The translations under genes and the position numbers were made by a program. This document shows positions 17,528 to 27,680 of a stretch of 49,765 bases of DNA, in pieces. This DNA comes from Oscillospiraceae bacterium. GTDB lineage: Bacteria; Bacillota; Clostridia; Oscillospirales; UBA929. Numbering within the stretch: the stretch's first letter is position 1; each line of letters opens with the position of its first letter. Location of the stretch: positions 1 to 49,765 of the forward strand of contig JAIRTA010000012.1 of the NCBI GenBank assembly GCA_031255175.1, given 5' to 3'. The notes beneath the pieces were generated by a model that did no database searches, was not told the DNA's origin, and saw only the letters and a program-made list of their open reading frames with translations.

Positions 17528-19198
17528 TCAGCGGTTTTGTTTGGCCCACGTGTCGCGCAGGCCCACGGTGCGGTTGAAGACGCGGCGCGCGGGGGTCGAG
17601 GATTTGTCTTCGCAAAAATACCCCTGCCGCATAAATTGGAAGGTGTCCCCCGGCGCGCTCGAGGCCAGCGATTCCTCGAGCAGACAGCCCGTCAGCACCT
17701 CCAGGGAGCGCGGGTTCAAATTTGCGGTGAAGTCTTCGACGTCCGCCTCGTCCGACGGGTTGGAGACCAAAAACAGCCGGTCGTACAGCCGGATCTCGGC
17801 GGGGATCGCGTGGTCCGCCGACACCCAGTGCAGCGTCCCCTTGACCTTCCGGCCGTCGGGCGATTCCCCGCCCCGGCTGTCCGGATCGTAGGTCACATGC
17901 ACGCAGGCAACCTCGCCGTGTTCGTCCGTGTCGTACCCCACGCAGCGCGCCAGATAGGCGCTCTTCAGCCGCACCTCACCGCCCGGATACAGGCGGTGGT
18001 ACTTGGGCGGCGGCGTGACGGCAAAGTCCTCCCGCTCGATGAAGAGCTCGCGCGCAAACGTCACCGTCCGCGCGCCGAACTCCGGCCTGCCCGGGTGCCG
18101 CTCAATCGGCAGCGCCTCCGAGGCCCCCTCGGGGTAGTTGTCAACCACCACCCGCAGCGGCCTCAGCACCGCCATCGCGCGGGGCGCGTTCTCGTTCAGG
18201 TCGTCGCGCACACAGGCCTCGAGCAGCGCGTAATCGACAACGCTGGCCGCCTTGGCCACACCGATACGCTCGCAGAAGTCGCGCAGCGCCGCGGGCGGAT
18301 AACCGCGGCGGCGCATCCCGCACAGCGTGGCCATGCGCGGGTCGTCCCAACCCGCCACCAGGCCGTCGTTTACAAGGCGCAGACACTTGCGCTTGCTCGT
18401 CAGCGTGTGGTTTAAGTTCAGCCGGGCAAATTCGATCTGCCGCGGCGGGTTTGGGATCTCGCAGGCCTCCAGGCACCAATCGTACAGGGGCCGGTGGTTT
18501 TCAAACTCCAGCGAACACAGCGAATGCGTCACCCTCTCGGCCGCGTCGGAAAGCGGGTGCGCAAAGTCGTACATCGGGTAGACGCACCATTTGTCGCCCG
18601 TGCGGTGGTGCGCGGCGTGCAAAATGCGGTAGATGACCGGGTCGCGCATGTTCAGATTGGGCGAGGCCATGTCGATCTTCGCGCGCAGCACCCGCGCGCC
18701 GCCCGGGAACTCGCCGGCCGTCATACGCCTGAAGAGGTCCAGGTTCTCCTCGGCGGGGCGCGTCCGGTACGGGCTCTCCCGGCCCGGCTCGGTCAACGTG
18801 CCCCGGTATTCGCGGATCTCGTCGGCGGTGAGGTCGCACACGTAGGCAAGGCCCTTCTCGATGAGCCGGACCGCGCACGCGTGCAAAAAGTCGAAGTAGT
18901 CGGACGCGTGAAAGACCCTGTCCCACTCGTACCCCAGCCACCGGATGTCCTCCTGAATCGCCTCCACGTACTCGACCTCCTCTTTGGTGGGGTTCGTGTC
19001 GTCGAGGCGGAGGTTGCACAGCCCGCCGTATTTTTCGGCTGTCCCGAAGCTGATGGAGATGGCCTTTGCGTGGCCGATGTGCAGGTACCCGTTCGGCTCG
19101 GGCGGAAAGCGGGTCTGCACCCGGTCGTACACCCCCTCGGCCAGATCGCGGTTGATCGCCTCATGGATAAAGTTGACGCCCGGTTTTCTCTCTTCCAA
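17528..19198 (-). CDS. glnS: Glutamine--tRNA ligase
   Basis: ..[44 protein letters not shown].. carries the HIGH motif. ..LTSKRK.. is the KMSKS-type region. The length of 556 aa is typical of GlnRS. The start is TTG 19198, 9 nt after AGAGGAG. Confidence 0.95.
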   Translation of the reverse strand: MEERKPGVNFIHEAINRDLAEGVYDRVQTRFPPEPNGYLHIGHAKAISISFGTAEKYGGLCNLRLDDTNPTKEEVEYVEAIQEDIRWLGYEWDRVFHASDYFDFLHACAVRLIEKGLAYVCDLTADEIREYRGTLTEPGRESPYRTRPAEENLDLFRRMTAGEFPGGARVLRAKIDMASPNLNMRDPVIYRILHAAHHRTGDKWCVYPMYDFAHPLSDAAERVTHSLCSLEFENHRPLYDWCLEACEIPNPPRQIEFARLNLNHTLTSKRKCLRLVNDGLVAGWDDPRMATLCGMRRRGYPPAALRDFCERIGVAKAASVVDYALLEACVRDDLNENAPRAMAVLRPLRVVVDNYPEGASEALPIERHPGRPEFGARTVTFARELFIEREDFAVTPPPKYHRLYPGGEVRLKSAYLARCVGYDTDEHGEVACVHVTYDPDSRGGESPDGRKVKGTLHWVSADHAIPAEIRLYDRLFLVSNPSDEADVEDFTANLNPRSLEVLTGCLLEESLASSAPGDTFQFMRQGYFCEDKSSTPARRVFNRTVGLRDTWAKQNR

Positions 19199-19234
19199 GT
19201 TCAGACACTCCTCTTTGTTCAGACACTCCTCTTT
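19199..19234 (-). repeat. Perfect 2 x 18-bp tandem duplication containing the glnS Shine-Dalgarno
   Basis: The plus strand reads gttcagacactcctcttt twice (19199-19216 and 19217-19234). On the coding strand this is aaagaggagtgtctgaac x2, directly abutting the TTG start. Confidence 0.9.
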
Positions 19235-19310
19235 GCCTTCGCCGTGACCCGGCGCCGCGCCGCGGTCCCGGCGTTTCGCATCGATTGGGATCTCGGGGTT
19301 CTTTTCGCGC

Positions 19311-20444
19311 TCAATCTTTCAGCCAGTGGTGTTTGGGGTTGCGCCGGACGGAGGAGACAAGGCCCATAGCGGCAAACATCGCCACTATGGACGAGCCCCC
19401 GTAGCTGAAGAACGGAAGGGTCAGACCAACCACCGGCGTGAGCGCCAGACACATGCCCACGTTGATGATCGTCTGAAACAAGATCATCCCCGCCACGCCC
19501 ACACAGACGGACGCGGAGAGCTCCGTCTTGGCCCGGGCGGCAATGTAGAGGCACCGCACGACAATGACGCCGAGCAGCAATAAGATCGCGAGGCAGCCCA
19601 CAAAGCCCAGTTCCTCCCCGGCCACCGAGAAGATGAAGTCGGATTCCTTGACGGGGATCTTCCCGAGCTGCGTGTGGTTGCCCTGGTAAAGCCCCTGCCC
19701 AAACAGCCGGCCGCTGCCGATGGCCGTCTTGCTCTGCAACGACTGGTAGCCGTAATTCAGCGGGTCGAGCTCCGGGCGGAACCCCACCAGGATGCGCTGC
19801 CGCTGATAATCCTCGAGCGAGTTCCAGAGCAGCGGCGCGGCCCCCGCGAGCAGGACGCCGGCGGCGGCAAACCACCGAAACCGAACCCCGGCGCCGACGC
19901 ACATCGCAAAAAAAATGCAGGCGTAGGCGACGATCATGCCGCCGTCTTTCGATGTGACAAAGATGACCCCGACCATCCCCGCAAAATGGACGCCGAGCAT
20001 ACCGATCGACAGAACATGGTTCAGCCGCTCCCGCTGAGAGAGTTCGTACATCTGCTTGGACAGCAGCAAGATAAACCCGAGCTTCACGACCTCAGCCGGC
20101 TGGATGGAAAACGGCAAAAAGCTGAGAGCCAGCCAGCTCCGGTTGGTCGCCCCCTCGCCGCCCCAGACAAAGAGCAGGCACATAAACAGGACGTTGAAGG
20201 CGAGGATCCACTTCCAAAAGCCCGCCACCGTCTCCACCTCGACGAGGGACAGCAAAACAAAAAACACAACACCGACCAAAATGGCGCAGCCCTGCACCGT
20301 CAGGTATCGTTTGGAGTTCCCCCCTGCGGCGGTCGCGCTGGAGATGAGCACCATGCCGTAGGACGCGGCGAGCAGGCACACAAACAACAAGAACATGTCG
20401 GCTGTGCGCAAAAACCGCCCCACCGCCCTGCGTGCCTCCTTCAT
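19311..20444 (-). CDS. FtsW/RodA/SpoVE (SEDS) family peptidoglycan glycosyltransferase
   Basis: It is a 377-aa polytopic membrane protein. ..[15 protein letters not shown].., ..[17 protein letters not shown].. and ..[14 protein letters not shown].. are typical SEDS motifs. Confidence 0.9.
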   Translation of the reverse strand: MKEARRAVGRFLRTADMFLLFVCLLAASYGMVLISSATAAGGNSKRYLTVQGCAILVGVVFFVLLSLVEVETVAGFWKWILAFNVLFMCLLFVWGGEGATNRSWLALSFLPFSIQPAEVVKLGFILLLSKQMYELSQRERLNHVLSIGMLGVHFAGMVGVIFVTSKDGGMIVAYACIFFAMCVGAGVRFRWFAAAGVLLAGAAPLLWNSLEDYQRQRILVGFRPELDPLNYGYQSLQSKTAIGSGRLFGQGLYQGNHTQLGKIPVKESDFIFSVAGEELGFVGCLAILLLLGVIVVRCLYIAARAKTELSASVCVGVAGMILFQTIINVGMCLALTPVVGLTLPFFSYGGSSIVAMFAAMGLVSSVRRNPKHHWLKD

Positions 20445-20616
20445 CTTGTTACCTCCGTTTGCGCATACGCGCCTGGCGATTTGCGCGGCGCTATGTTATA
20501 ATTTATCATACACCATGTGGGCATCCGGCGCAAGAGACGAATCGGCCTTTGGACCGCGCGTCCGGCCCGCGGGCTGTATTTGTAAAATTTTGGTTTTTGA
20601 AAAGAGGCGGTTTTCT

Positions 20617-21042
20617 ATGCGGACGGTCTCGCGCGGGCCGGAGGAGACGCGGGCCCTGGGGCAGCGGCTGGGCGCCGCGCTGCGCGGCCCGGCCGTCGTC
20701 GCGCTGCGCGGCGGCCTCGGCGCCGGCAAGACCGCCTTTGTGGGGGGCCTGGCCCGCGGCCTCGGCGTGGAAGACCGGGTGACAAGCCCCACCTTCGCGC
20801 TGGTGCACGAATACGCGGGGCGCCTGCCGCTGTTTCACTTCGACCTCTACCGGCTCGGCGGCCCGGACGACTTGGAGGCGCTCGGCTGGGACGACTACCG
20901 GGACAGGGGCGGCGTCTGCGCCGTCGAATGGAGCGAACGGGCCGGCGATTTCTGGCCGCCCGATACGATTTTTGTGACGCTGGAATCTCACCCGGAACAC
21001 CCGGACTGGAGGATCGTGACATATGACCATCCTGGCGTTTGA
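20617..21042 (+). CDS. tsaE: tRNA t6A37 biosynthesis ATPase TsaE
   Basis: This is the in-frame tail of track ORF 20395-21042. ATG 20617 is the start ([19 protein letters not shown]..). It has the P-loop ..[21 protein letters not shown].. followed by ..[12 protein letters not shown].. and ..HFDLYRL... Confidence 0.9.
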   Translation: MRTVSRGPEETRALGQRLGAALRGPAVVALRGGLGAGKTAFVGGLARGLGVEDRVTSPTFALVHEYAGRLPLFHFDLYRLGGPDDLEALGWDDYRDRGGVCAVEWSERAGDFWPPDTIFVTLESHPEHPDWRIVTYDHPGV

Positions 21043-21712
21043 CTCATCCTCGCTCTCGGCCTCCGCGGCCGTGACGCGGGACGGCGCGCTGCTCGCGCAG
21101 AGCTTTCAAAACAACGGGCTCACCCACTCGCAGACCCTGATGCCTATGGCGGAGGCGCTGCTGCGAAACGCGGGCCTGGCGCTCACCGATGTGGATCTGA
21201 TCGCCGTCACGCACGGGCCCGGGTCGTTCACCGGCCTGCGCATCGGCGTGGCCGCGGCCAACGGCCTCGCGTGGGGGCTGGGGCGGCCCTGCCTCGGCGT
21301 CTCCTCGCTGGCCGCCGCCGCGCAGGGCGTGGCCCACTGGGGCGGGCTCATCTGCGCCGTGCAAGACGCGCGCCGCGGCGAGGTGTACAACGCGCTGTTT
21401 TTGTCGGAGGGCGGCGCGCTGACGCGCCTGACCGAAGACCGGGCGCTGCCGCTCGCGGCGCTCTGGGCCGAGATGCAAAAAAAGAACCCCATCCTGGTTG
21501 GAGACGGGGCGGAATTGTGTTATAATGGGCGGGGCGGCGAAGCGGCGCGGCTGGCCCCGCCGCATCTCCGGTTCCCCTGTGCCTGGGCGGTGGCCCACTT
21601 GGCCGCCTCTCACCCGGACCTGGACAGGGCCTCCTACGCCACTCCGGTCTACATCCGGGCCTCCGGAGCCGAGCGGACGCGCCGGGCGCGGTCGGAAAGC
21701 CCGTGCGGGTGA
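21023..21712 (+). CDS. tsaB: tRNA t6A37 biosynthesis protein TsaB
   Basis: [48 protein letters not shown].. is the YeaZ/TsaB signature. It overlaps the end of tsaE by 20 nt. Confidence 0.9.
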   Translation: MTILAFDSSSLSASAAVTRDGALLAQSFQNNGLTHSQTLMPMAEALLRNAGLALTDVDLIAVTHGPGSFTGLRIGVAAANGLAWGLGRPCLGVSSLAAAAQGVAHWGGLICAVQDARRGEVYNALFLSEGGALTRLTEDRALPLAALWAEMQKKNPILVGDGAELCYNGRGGEAARLAPPHLRFPCAWAVAHLAASHPDLDRASYATPVYIRASGAERTRRARSESPCG

Positions 21713-21750
21713 GGCTCCTTTCGAAGCGCATTTCGCGGTTCTCGCGGTTC

Positions 21751-23127
21751 TCAGCGTCCCCGGCGCCGGCGGCGGTTCCCCCTGTAGTTGCCGCGCATAC
21801 GGGCGCGGCGGCGGCGGGCGTTGTAGACGATCGTAAACGCCACGTAGAGGATGAGCAGCGCCGCGACGCCGGCGATCGTGTATTTGACCCAGTCCCGGTC
21901 GAAGAAATTGCGAAAATCCTCCGCCACCTGCTGGGCCTCGTCCCGCTCCACATCGCTCGCGGCCACGAGCGCCACGGTGCCGAACTCTCTGTCGCCGTAG
22001 CGCAGGGCAATGGTGCCGAGCACCTGGCCGCGCGTCACCGGGGCCGTCACGGCCCCCTCGAAATACGGGGTGATCTCCCTGTCGACATCCGACACATCCA
22101 TGTCGTTGGGCACCAGCGCCTCCAGATTTTTCTGGGGCACGAGCATGACGGAATCCTTCTCCTTGCCCTTTTCGACGACGATCTCCCGAATCTGTTCCGT
22201 CGTCTTCAGCAGCGATTTGACGCTGAAGTTGGCAAAGCCCCACTCAAAGAGGTCGACCGTCTCCACAAAACTGAGGATCCGGTTTGTCTCCTCCTCCCGC
22301 TGCGCGCCCATGACCACGCTGATGAAGTACAGCCCGTTCTTCTCCGCGCTGGAGACAAGGCAGTACCCCGCCGCGTTGGTGTGCCCCGTCTTGATGCCCT
22401 TGGCCGGGTAATATAAATACTGGCTCTCCGTGTTGTTGGAGATCAGATGGTTCGTTGTGTACAGCGCCCGCTCCTTTTCCCACTTGTTGGTGGGGGGGAT
22501 CGCCTTGGCCGCCGTGTTGCAGATGATCATAAACTCGGGGTGCTTCATGGCCTCCCTGGTGACAAGATAGATGTCCCAGGCCGTTGTGTAGTGGTCCTCG
22601 TCGGGCAGACCGTGCGTGTTGACAAACTGCGTGTTCTCACAGCCGAGCTGCGCCGCCCGCTCGTTCATCAGCGCGACAAAGGCTTCGACGCTGCCGGAGA
22701 TATATTCGGCGATGACATTGCAGGCTTCGTTGGCGGAGGAGATCAGCGCGCAGTAGAGATAATTTTCCAGCGTCATGATCTCGCCCACCTGGATATTCTG
22801 CGTGCTGCCGCCCGGCACCATGTCGAAGAAGGCCGTGGGCGAGGCGGTGAGGATGTCGTCGAGCTTGCCGCGCTCCAAGGCCAGCAGCGCCGTCATGATC
22901 TTGGTCAGGCTGGCCGGGTAGACCCGCTCACGGATGTTTTTCTCGAAGAGAATCTCCCCGGAGTCCGCGTCGACCAGCAGCGCCGTGTTTGCGGTGACGG
23001 TGATGGGCGGCGGTTTTGCCCCGGCCCGCGCGGGCAGGACGGCCACGGCCGCCGTCAGCGCCAGCAACATACAAAGCGCGCCCATGCGCCGGCCGCGCGC
23101 GTGCTCTGTCTTTTCACGTCTCCCCAT
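21751..23127 (-). CDS. D-alanyl-D-alanine carboxypeptidase (S11, PBP5/DacB-like) with a C-terminal membrane anchor
   Basis: ATG 23127 lies 7 nt after GGAGG. It has a signal peptide, the SxxK motif in ..VYPASLTKIMTALLALE.., ..LISSAN.. and ..KTGHT... The C-terminus has a TM segment plus an Arg-rich tail. Confidence 0.9.
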   Translation of the reverse strand: MGRREKTEHARGRRMGALCMLLALTAAVAVLPARAGAKPPPITVTANTALLVDADSGEILFEKNIRERVYPASLTKIMTALLALERGKLDDILTASPTAFFDMVPGGSTQNIQVGEIMTLENYLYCALISSANEACNVIAEYISGSVEAFVALMNERAAQLGCENTQFVNTHGLPDEDHYTTAWDIYLVTREAMKHPEFMIICNTAAKAIPPTNKWEKERALYTTNHLISNNTESQYLYYPAKGIKTGHTNAAGYCLVSSAEKNGLYFISVVMGAQREEETNRILSFVETVDLFEWGFANFSVKSLLKTTEQIREIVVEKGKEKDSVMLVPQKNLEALVPNDMDVSDVDREITPYFEGAVTAPVTRGQVLGTIALRYGDREFGTVALVAASDVERDEAQQVAEDFRNFFDRDWVKYTIAGVAALLILYVAFTIVYNARRRRARMRGNYRGNRRRRRGR

Positions 23128-23329
23128 ACAAAAACCTCCGAACGATATACAAATCGACACAAGATCGACAGTTGACTTGAAATATTTGGAAAATTTTGTT
23201 TCTTCCCCGCGGTTTTTCGAAGCAATGGCTCCCGGATGATTATATCAAACCAGAGAGCGGGATGCAAGCCGCGCGAGGCCGGGAATTCGCGGGTGCCGCG
23301 CCCTGACGGGCGGAAAGGAGGCGATTGGC

Positions 23330-23824
23330 GTGCGAAAAAGGCTCGTATTTGTCACGGTGTCGCTGTGCGCGCTGTTTGCCGTCTTCTGTCTCGGATATTT
23401 TTTGGCCGGACGCACGCAACCGGGCACTTTTTCGATCGTCGCCACACCCGAGGACAGGCCGGACGCTCCCCCGGCGGCCGCCTCCGCCGCGCCGCCGCCC
23501 GCGAGTGCCGCGCCGCCGGCCACAGCGGAACCGGATGCCGGCGCGGCGCCGGAAACAGAAACGGGAACGCCCGAAACGCCGGCGGGGCCGCCCGTCATCA
23601 CGGAGACGGAGGACGAGGCGGCCGTGTGGCAGCCCATCAACCTCAACCGCGCGACGGCCGAGGAACTGACCGACCTGCCCGGCATCGGCCCGGTGCTGGC
23701 CGAGCGCATCATCGCCTGGCGCACGGAGCACGGCGGTTTCTCCGACCCGTCGCAGCTCATGGAGATCTCGGGGATCGGCGAAAAACGGTACGCGCAGCTC
23801 AAAGACCTGATCGCCACGGACTGA
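23330..23824 (+). CDS. comEA: ComEA-family helix-hairpin-helix DNA-binding protein
   Basis: GTG 23330 lies 8 nt after AAGGAGG. It has an N-terminal TM segment and a Pro/Ala linker. The C-terminus ..INLNRATAEELTDLPGIGPVLAERIIAWRTEHGGFSDPSQLMEISGIGEKRYAQLKDLI carries tandem HhH motifs. Confidence 0.85.
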   Translation: MRKRLVFVTVSLCALFAVFCLGYFLAGRTQPGTFSIVATPEDRPDAPPAAASAAPPPASAAPPATAEPDAGAAPETETGTPETPAGPPVITETEDEAAVWQPINLNRATAEELTDLPGIGPVLAERIIAWRTEHGGFSDPSQLMEISGIGEKRYAQLKDLIATD

Positions 23825-23916
23825 CCGGTCGGCGGCGCGAAGTATTTGTAAATATTTGTAAATATTGCCCTCCCGCCCGGGAGGGCCCGGACAGAGGGAG
23901 AGGACCGGGAACGCCT

Positions 23917-24603
23917 GTGAAAGTGCTGCTTGTGGACGACGAAAAACTTCTTGTCAAAGGCCTCAAATTCAACCTGGAACACGAGGGGTACGAGGTGAGC
24001 TGCTGCTACGACGGCGAAAGCGCGATCCGTCTGGCGCGCGAGAGCGCCTTTGACCTCATCATCTTAGACCTGATGATGCCGCAGGTGGACGGGCTGGAGG
24101 CCTGCCGCCGCATCCGCGAGTTTTCCGCCGTCCCCATCATCATGCTCACCGCCCGCAGCGAGGACACCGACAAGCTGATCGGCTTTGAGTACGGGGCCGA
24201 CGACTATGTTACAAAGCCCTTCAACATCATGGAACTCAAGGCGCGCATCCGGGCCATCCTGCGGCGCGTGGTCGTGCAAAATCAGCAGACGCCGGAGGCG
24301 GAGACGCTGCAGCTCGGCAACATCACGCTGGACATCTCGCGGCACAACGCCTCCGTGGACGGGCGCTCGGTGGAGCTCACCGCCAAGGAATTCGACCTCG
24401 TAGAGCTCCTGATGAGAAACCCCGGCCGGGTGTACACCCGCGAGAGCCTGCTGGACATCGTATGGGGCTACGAGTACCCCGGCGACATCCGGACGGTGGA
24501 CGTCCACATCCGCCGTCTGAGAGAAAAATTGGAGATCGACCCCGCCAAGCCGAAATATTTGCTGACCAAGTGGGGCGTCGGATATTTCTTCTGCCGGCCG
24601 TGA
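23917..24603 (+). CDS. OmpR-family response regulator (WalR/YycF-like)
   Basis: This is the in-frame tail of track ORF 23236-24603. GTG 23917 is the start (VKVLLVDDEKLLVKGL..). It shows ..LIILDLMMPQVDGLE.. and ..IIMLTARSEDTDK... The output domain shows ..LTAKEFDLVELL..RTVDVHIRRLREKLE..TKWGVGYFF. Confidence 0.92.
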   Translation: MKVLLVDDEKLLVKGLKFNLEHEGYEVSCCYDGESAIRLARESAFDLIILDLMMPQVDGLEACRRIREFSAVPIIMLTARSEDTDKLIGFEYGADDYVTKPFNIMELKARIRAILRRVVVQNQQTPEAETLQLGNITLDISRHNASVDGRSVELTAKEFDLVELLMRNPGRVYTRESLLDIVWGYEYPGDIRTVDVHIRRLREKLEIDPAKPKYLLTKWGVGYFFCRP

Positions 24604-24697
24604 CGGCGGCGCGGCGGCAACAGGGCAACAGGGGCCTGTGAAAATCTCGATTTTCATATTTGCTATATTTTTACAGTGTCTTGACAGGGGGTGCGGC

Positions 24698-26134
24698 ATG
24701 GCAAAAAGAACGGCGAACCGGCGGATCATCGGCCGGTATCAGATGAAGATCGCCCTCTCTTACATCGCGATCATCGTGCTCATGCTGGTGCTGCTGAACA
24801 TCTACCCCGTCATGGTGTCGCGAAACTTTCTGTTTCGTTTCAAGCGGGACAGCCTCATCGCCCGCGCCGACCTCATCGCCTCATCCCTCTCCTCGCTGGA
24901 GACGCTGAACGCGGAGGACGTGGGCCGGGTGATCGACGTGCTCGGCGACCGGGGCCTCTCCCGGATCGTCGTGACGGACGCCGAGGGGCTTGTCATCTTC
25001 GACAACGCCGCCTCCGACAACGCGCGGCAGAAGTACGCCCTCCTGCCCGAAATCTTCCTGGCGCTCGCGGGCAAGGACACCTTTGTGAGCCGCTATGAGG
25101 ACGCGGCCTTCGAGAGCCGGGTCGCCCTGCCCATCACAAACCCCAACGGGCCGTTCGGCGCCGTGTATCTCTACGAATACGACGCCGACCAGGCAAAACT
25201 GATCCGCGATCTGCGCTCCAACATCGCCGGCATCTCCGTGATCATCTCCTCCGTCGTCATCATCTTGAGCATTTTGATGTCGTCCGCGCTGGCCCGCCGC
25301 GTGGACGCGCTGTTGCGCGCCATCCGGTTGGTGCGCGAGGGAGAATACAGCCACCGCGTCCCGATGCGCGGCCGCGACGAGCTGGCCTTTCTCGCGGACG
25401 AGTTCAACGCGCTCACGGGCCGCCTGCAAAAGACGGAGAACGCGCGGCGGCAGTTTGTCTCCGACGCCTCCCACGAGCTCAAGACGCCCCTGGCCTCCAT
25501 CCGGCTGCTGACGGATTCGATCCTGCAAACGGAGAACATGGACACGGACACAATCCGCGAATTTGTGGCCGACATCGGAGACGAGAGCGACCGGCTGTCC
25601 CGCATGACGGAGAAGCTGTTGGCGCTCACGCGGCTGGACGCGGGCGCTTTTGTCCCCATGACCGTCGTCGACCTGAAGGCGGTGGTGTCGCGGGTCGCCC
25701 GCCGGCTCGCCCCTCTGGCGGAGCACTACGGGGTGATGGTGCGGCTTCAGCTGGACGAGGGCTGTCTGGTGCATGGCAACGAGGACGATATCTTCCAGGC
25801 GGTCTTCAATTTGGTAGAAAATGCCATTAAGTACAACAAGCCGGGGGGGCTGGTGCGCGTGTCGCTCCAAACCCGGAGCGGCCGCGCGGGGCTCATTGTG
25901 GACGACACCGGCATGGGCATCCCGTCGGAGGACCTGCCCCGCGTGTTCGAGCGCTTTTATCGTGTGGACAAGGCCCGCTCCCGCGAGGCCGGCGGCGGCG
26001 GTCTGGGGCTTTCGATCGTACAAAAGACCATCGAGCAATATGAGGGCGAGATCGCGCTGGACAGCCGCCTCGGCATCGGCACCTGCGTGACGGTCAGCTT
26101 CCCGCTGGCGGAACACCGCCCCCAGACGGAGTGA
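24698..26134 (+). CDS. Sensor histidine kinase (TM - extracytoplasmic domain - TM - HAMP - HisKA - HATPase_c)
   Basis: The track ORF is 24638-26134. ATG 24698 follows AGGGGG. It shows the H-box FVSDASHELKTPLASI, the N-box ..NLVENAIKYN.., and G-boxes ..VDDTGMGIP.. and ..GGGLGLSIV... Confidence 0.9.
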   Translation: MAKRTANRRIIGRYQMKIALSYIAIIVLMLVLLNIYPVMVSRNFLFRFKRDSLIARADLIASSLSSLETLNAEDVGRVIDVLGDRGLSRIVVTDAEGLVIFDNAASDNARQKYALLPEIFLALAGKDTFVSRYEDAAFESRVALPITNPNGPFGAVYLYEYDADQAKLIRDLRSNIAGISVIISSVVIILSILMSSALARRVDALLRAIRLVREGEYSHRVPMRGRDELAFLADEFNALTGRLQKTENARRQFVSDASHELKTPLASIRLLTDSILQTENMDTDTIREFVADIGDESDRLSRMTEKLLALTRLDAGAFVPMTVVDLKAVVSRVARRLAPLAEHYGVMVRLQLDEGCLVHGNEDDIFQAVFNLVENAIKYNKPGGLVRVSLQTRSGRAGLIVDDTGMGIPSEDLPRVFERFYRVDKARSREAGGGGLGLSIVQKTIEQYEGEIALDSRLGIGTCVTVSFPLAEHRPQTE

Positions 26135-26222
26135 AAAACGCCGTTTTTACATGCAAACTTACAACAAAAGCCTTTTATTTATCATAGTACAATGAAAATG
26201 TGCTTCGGAGGTGTTTGCAACC

Positions 26223-27140
26223 ATGCGCTCAACTGCGCAAATGAGGGCCGTACGGCGCGGCGCGGCCGTCTGCCTGGCGTTTTGTCTGCTGGCCGGCTGT
26301 CAGGGCGCGGGCCGGCCCGACCCCGCTCCGGCCGACGGTCTCACGGTCTACTACGTCGCGGACTGGGAGAGCGGCGACCTGGACCGGATGCTCACGCCTT
26401 TTGTGTGCGACGCGGCGGGGGTGACGGACCTCGCGGCCTTTGCCGCCGACCGGCTGCTCTCGGCGCCGGAGACAGGCCGTCTGCGCTCGGCTTTTCCGGC
26501 GGACATACGGGTGCTGTCCGTCTCTATGGACGCGGGTACGCTCACGCTCGACCTCTCCAAAACGCCCGCCTTCTCCGGCACCTCCGTCATCGTCGCCGGC
26601 GCCTGCGCCGCCCTGACGCTGTGCGAACTGCCCGGCGTCCACGCGCTGCGGCTGACGGTGGAGGGGGAACCCTGCCCCGAGATCGACCGCCCGCTGACCG
26701 CGCGCGACTTTGTGACCGACACCCTGGCGCTGCGGCCCGTCGAACGGCAGCTCACGCTGTACTTCGTCTCCGCCGCCACATCGTCGCTCGAACGCGAGAC
26801 GCGCGTGGTGTTCATCCGCGAAAACGAATCCGCCGAGCGCTATGTGGTGGAAGAACTGCTGGGAGGCCCCAAACTGCCCGGCCTGCTGCCTCTCGTGGGC
26901 TTCGACATCTCCCTTCTGGGGGTCCGGACAGAGGGCAGCGTCTGTTATGTCAACCTGCCGGCCGCCTTCTACGACACCGAACCGACGGTGCCGCCGGAAC
27001 TGGTGCTGGACGCCTTTGTGCTCTCGCTCACCGACCTGCCCGGTATCGATGCCGTCCAATTCCAAAAAGACGGCGCCTCGGCCTTCTTCTACGGCTCCCG
27101 CTCCCTCGTCGAACCCCTGACGCGCCCGGAGACGCCATAA
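26223..27140 (+). CDS. GerMN-domain lipoprotein (GerM-like)
   Basis: It has a signal peptide with lipobox ..CLLAGC. Two similar halves are present, e.g. ..LTVYYVADW.. and ..LTLYFVSAA..ERYVVEELLGGPK..VCYVNLPAAFY.., as in GerMN domains. The start is uncertain (GTG 26211 / ATG 26223 / ATG 26241). Confidence 0.65.
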   Translation: MRSTAQMRAVRRGAAVCLAFCLLAGCQGAGRPDPAPADGLTVYYVADWESGDLDRMLTPFVCDAAGVTDLAAFAADRLLSAPETGRLRSAFPADIRVLSVSMDAGTLTLDLSKTPAFSGTSVIVAGACAALTLCELPGVHALRLTVEGEPCPEIDRPLTARDFVTDTLALRPVERQLTLYFVSAATSSLERETRVVFIRENESAERYVVEELLGGPKLPGLLPLVGFDISLLGVRTEGSVCYVNLPAAFYDTEPTVPPELVLDAFVLSLTDLPGIDAVQFQKDGASAFFYGSRSLVEPLTRPETP

Positions 27141-27234
27141 GGGCAAACAGAAAGACCCCGGCGGGGGGTCTCTCTGCGGTCCACATGTCGCCTAAAGAAT
27201 TTTCTGTTTTTTATAAAAAATTGTAAGTTTCGCC

Positions 27235-27263
27235 TTGCCCTTTTCCCCTATCTATGGTATAAT
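27235..27263 (+). promoter_or_regulatory. Strong-looking sigma-A promoter for the 81-aa ORF
   Basis: TTGCCC (27235-27240), a 17-nt spacer ending in TGG (extended -10), then TATAAT (27258-27263). An AT-rich tract lies upstream. Confidence 0.5.
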
Positions 27264-27340
27264 GAAAGGGATGACACACAACGGACCGTTGCGGGGCCCG
27301 CCGGCGCGGGCGGCCCTACACGATAGGGAGGGTATTTGCT

Positions 27341-27586
27341 GTGACTTCCGGGAAAAACTATCGAAAAACCGTCGGTATTTTGTCGGCCGATGCGCGGGCG
27401 CGAAAACTTTACGAAAAACGCGAGAAGGCCCACCGCGACCTGTCATCCCGAGCAGGCGGCGTCAAACAGAAGCAGTCTGTTGAGATGGCTCTGGAGCTGA
27501 TCAAGCGCAACCGCCCCATAGAGGAGATCATCGAGGGCACCGGGCTGTCGCGCGAGGACATTGAGCACATTCAAGAGCTCGCCTGA
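27341..27586 (+). CDS. Small hypothetical protein resembling the C-terminal tail of Rpn/YhgA-like PD-(D/E)XK putative transposases
   Basis: GTG 27341 lies 8 nt after GGGAGGG. ..ARKLYEKREKAHRDLSS..VEMALELIKRNRPIEEIIEGTGLSREDIEHIQEL matches the pattern of that family's tail, but no nuclease domain is present. Confidence 0.5.
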   Translation: MTSGKNYRKTVGILSADARARKLYEKREKAHRDLSSRAGGVKQKQSVEMALELIKRNRPIEEIIEGTGLSREDIEHIQELA

Positions 27587-27625
27587 GTCAAGATCGATCG
27601 GGGGAAGCGACCAAAAAGCGCCGCC

Positions 27626-27666
27626 ACGCCACTATATGTTGTGGAGACCACAACATATAGTGGCGT
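27626..27666. terminator. Perfect 19-bp-stem hairpin between convergent genes (probable bidirectional terminator)
   Basis: acgccactatatgttgtgg (27626-27644), loop aga, ccacaacatatagtggcgt (27648-27666). It lies 15 nt beyond the stop of the giant minus-strand gene and 40 nt beyond the plus-strand ORF. The T-tracts are weak. Confidence 0.6.
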
Positions 27667-27680
27667 TTGTGCGCGGCGGA

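Noticed and set aside
16262-18415. A 717-aa plus-strand ORF spanning the lipoprotein gene, the intergenic gap and part of glnS. Similar long ORFs occur at 13753-15024 (+), 7916-9310 (-), 10183-11433 (-), 21044-22243 (-), 24881-26116 (-), 26229-27146 (-), 27918-29807 (+), 31770-33272 (+) and 34485-36620 (+).
   Set aside because: All are antisense or out of frame relative to genes with unmistakable family motifs. They are Arg/Gly/Pro/Ala/His-rich with no recognisable domains. These are the shadow ORFs expected when stop codons are rare in high-G+C DNA.
19199-19310. A possible T-box or other leader riboswitch in front of glnS.
   Set aside because: The gap is only ~110 nt. I see no T-box consensus (AGGGUGGNACCGCG-like), no specifier-loop architecture and no terminator/antiterminator pair.
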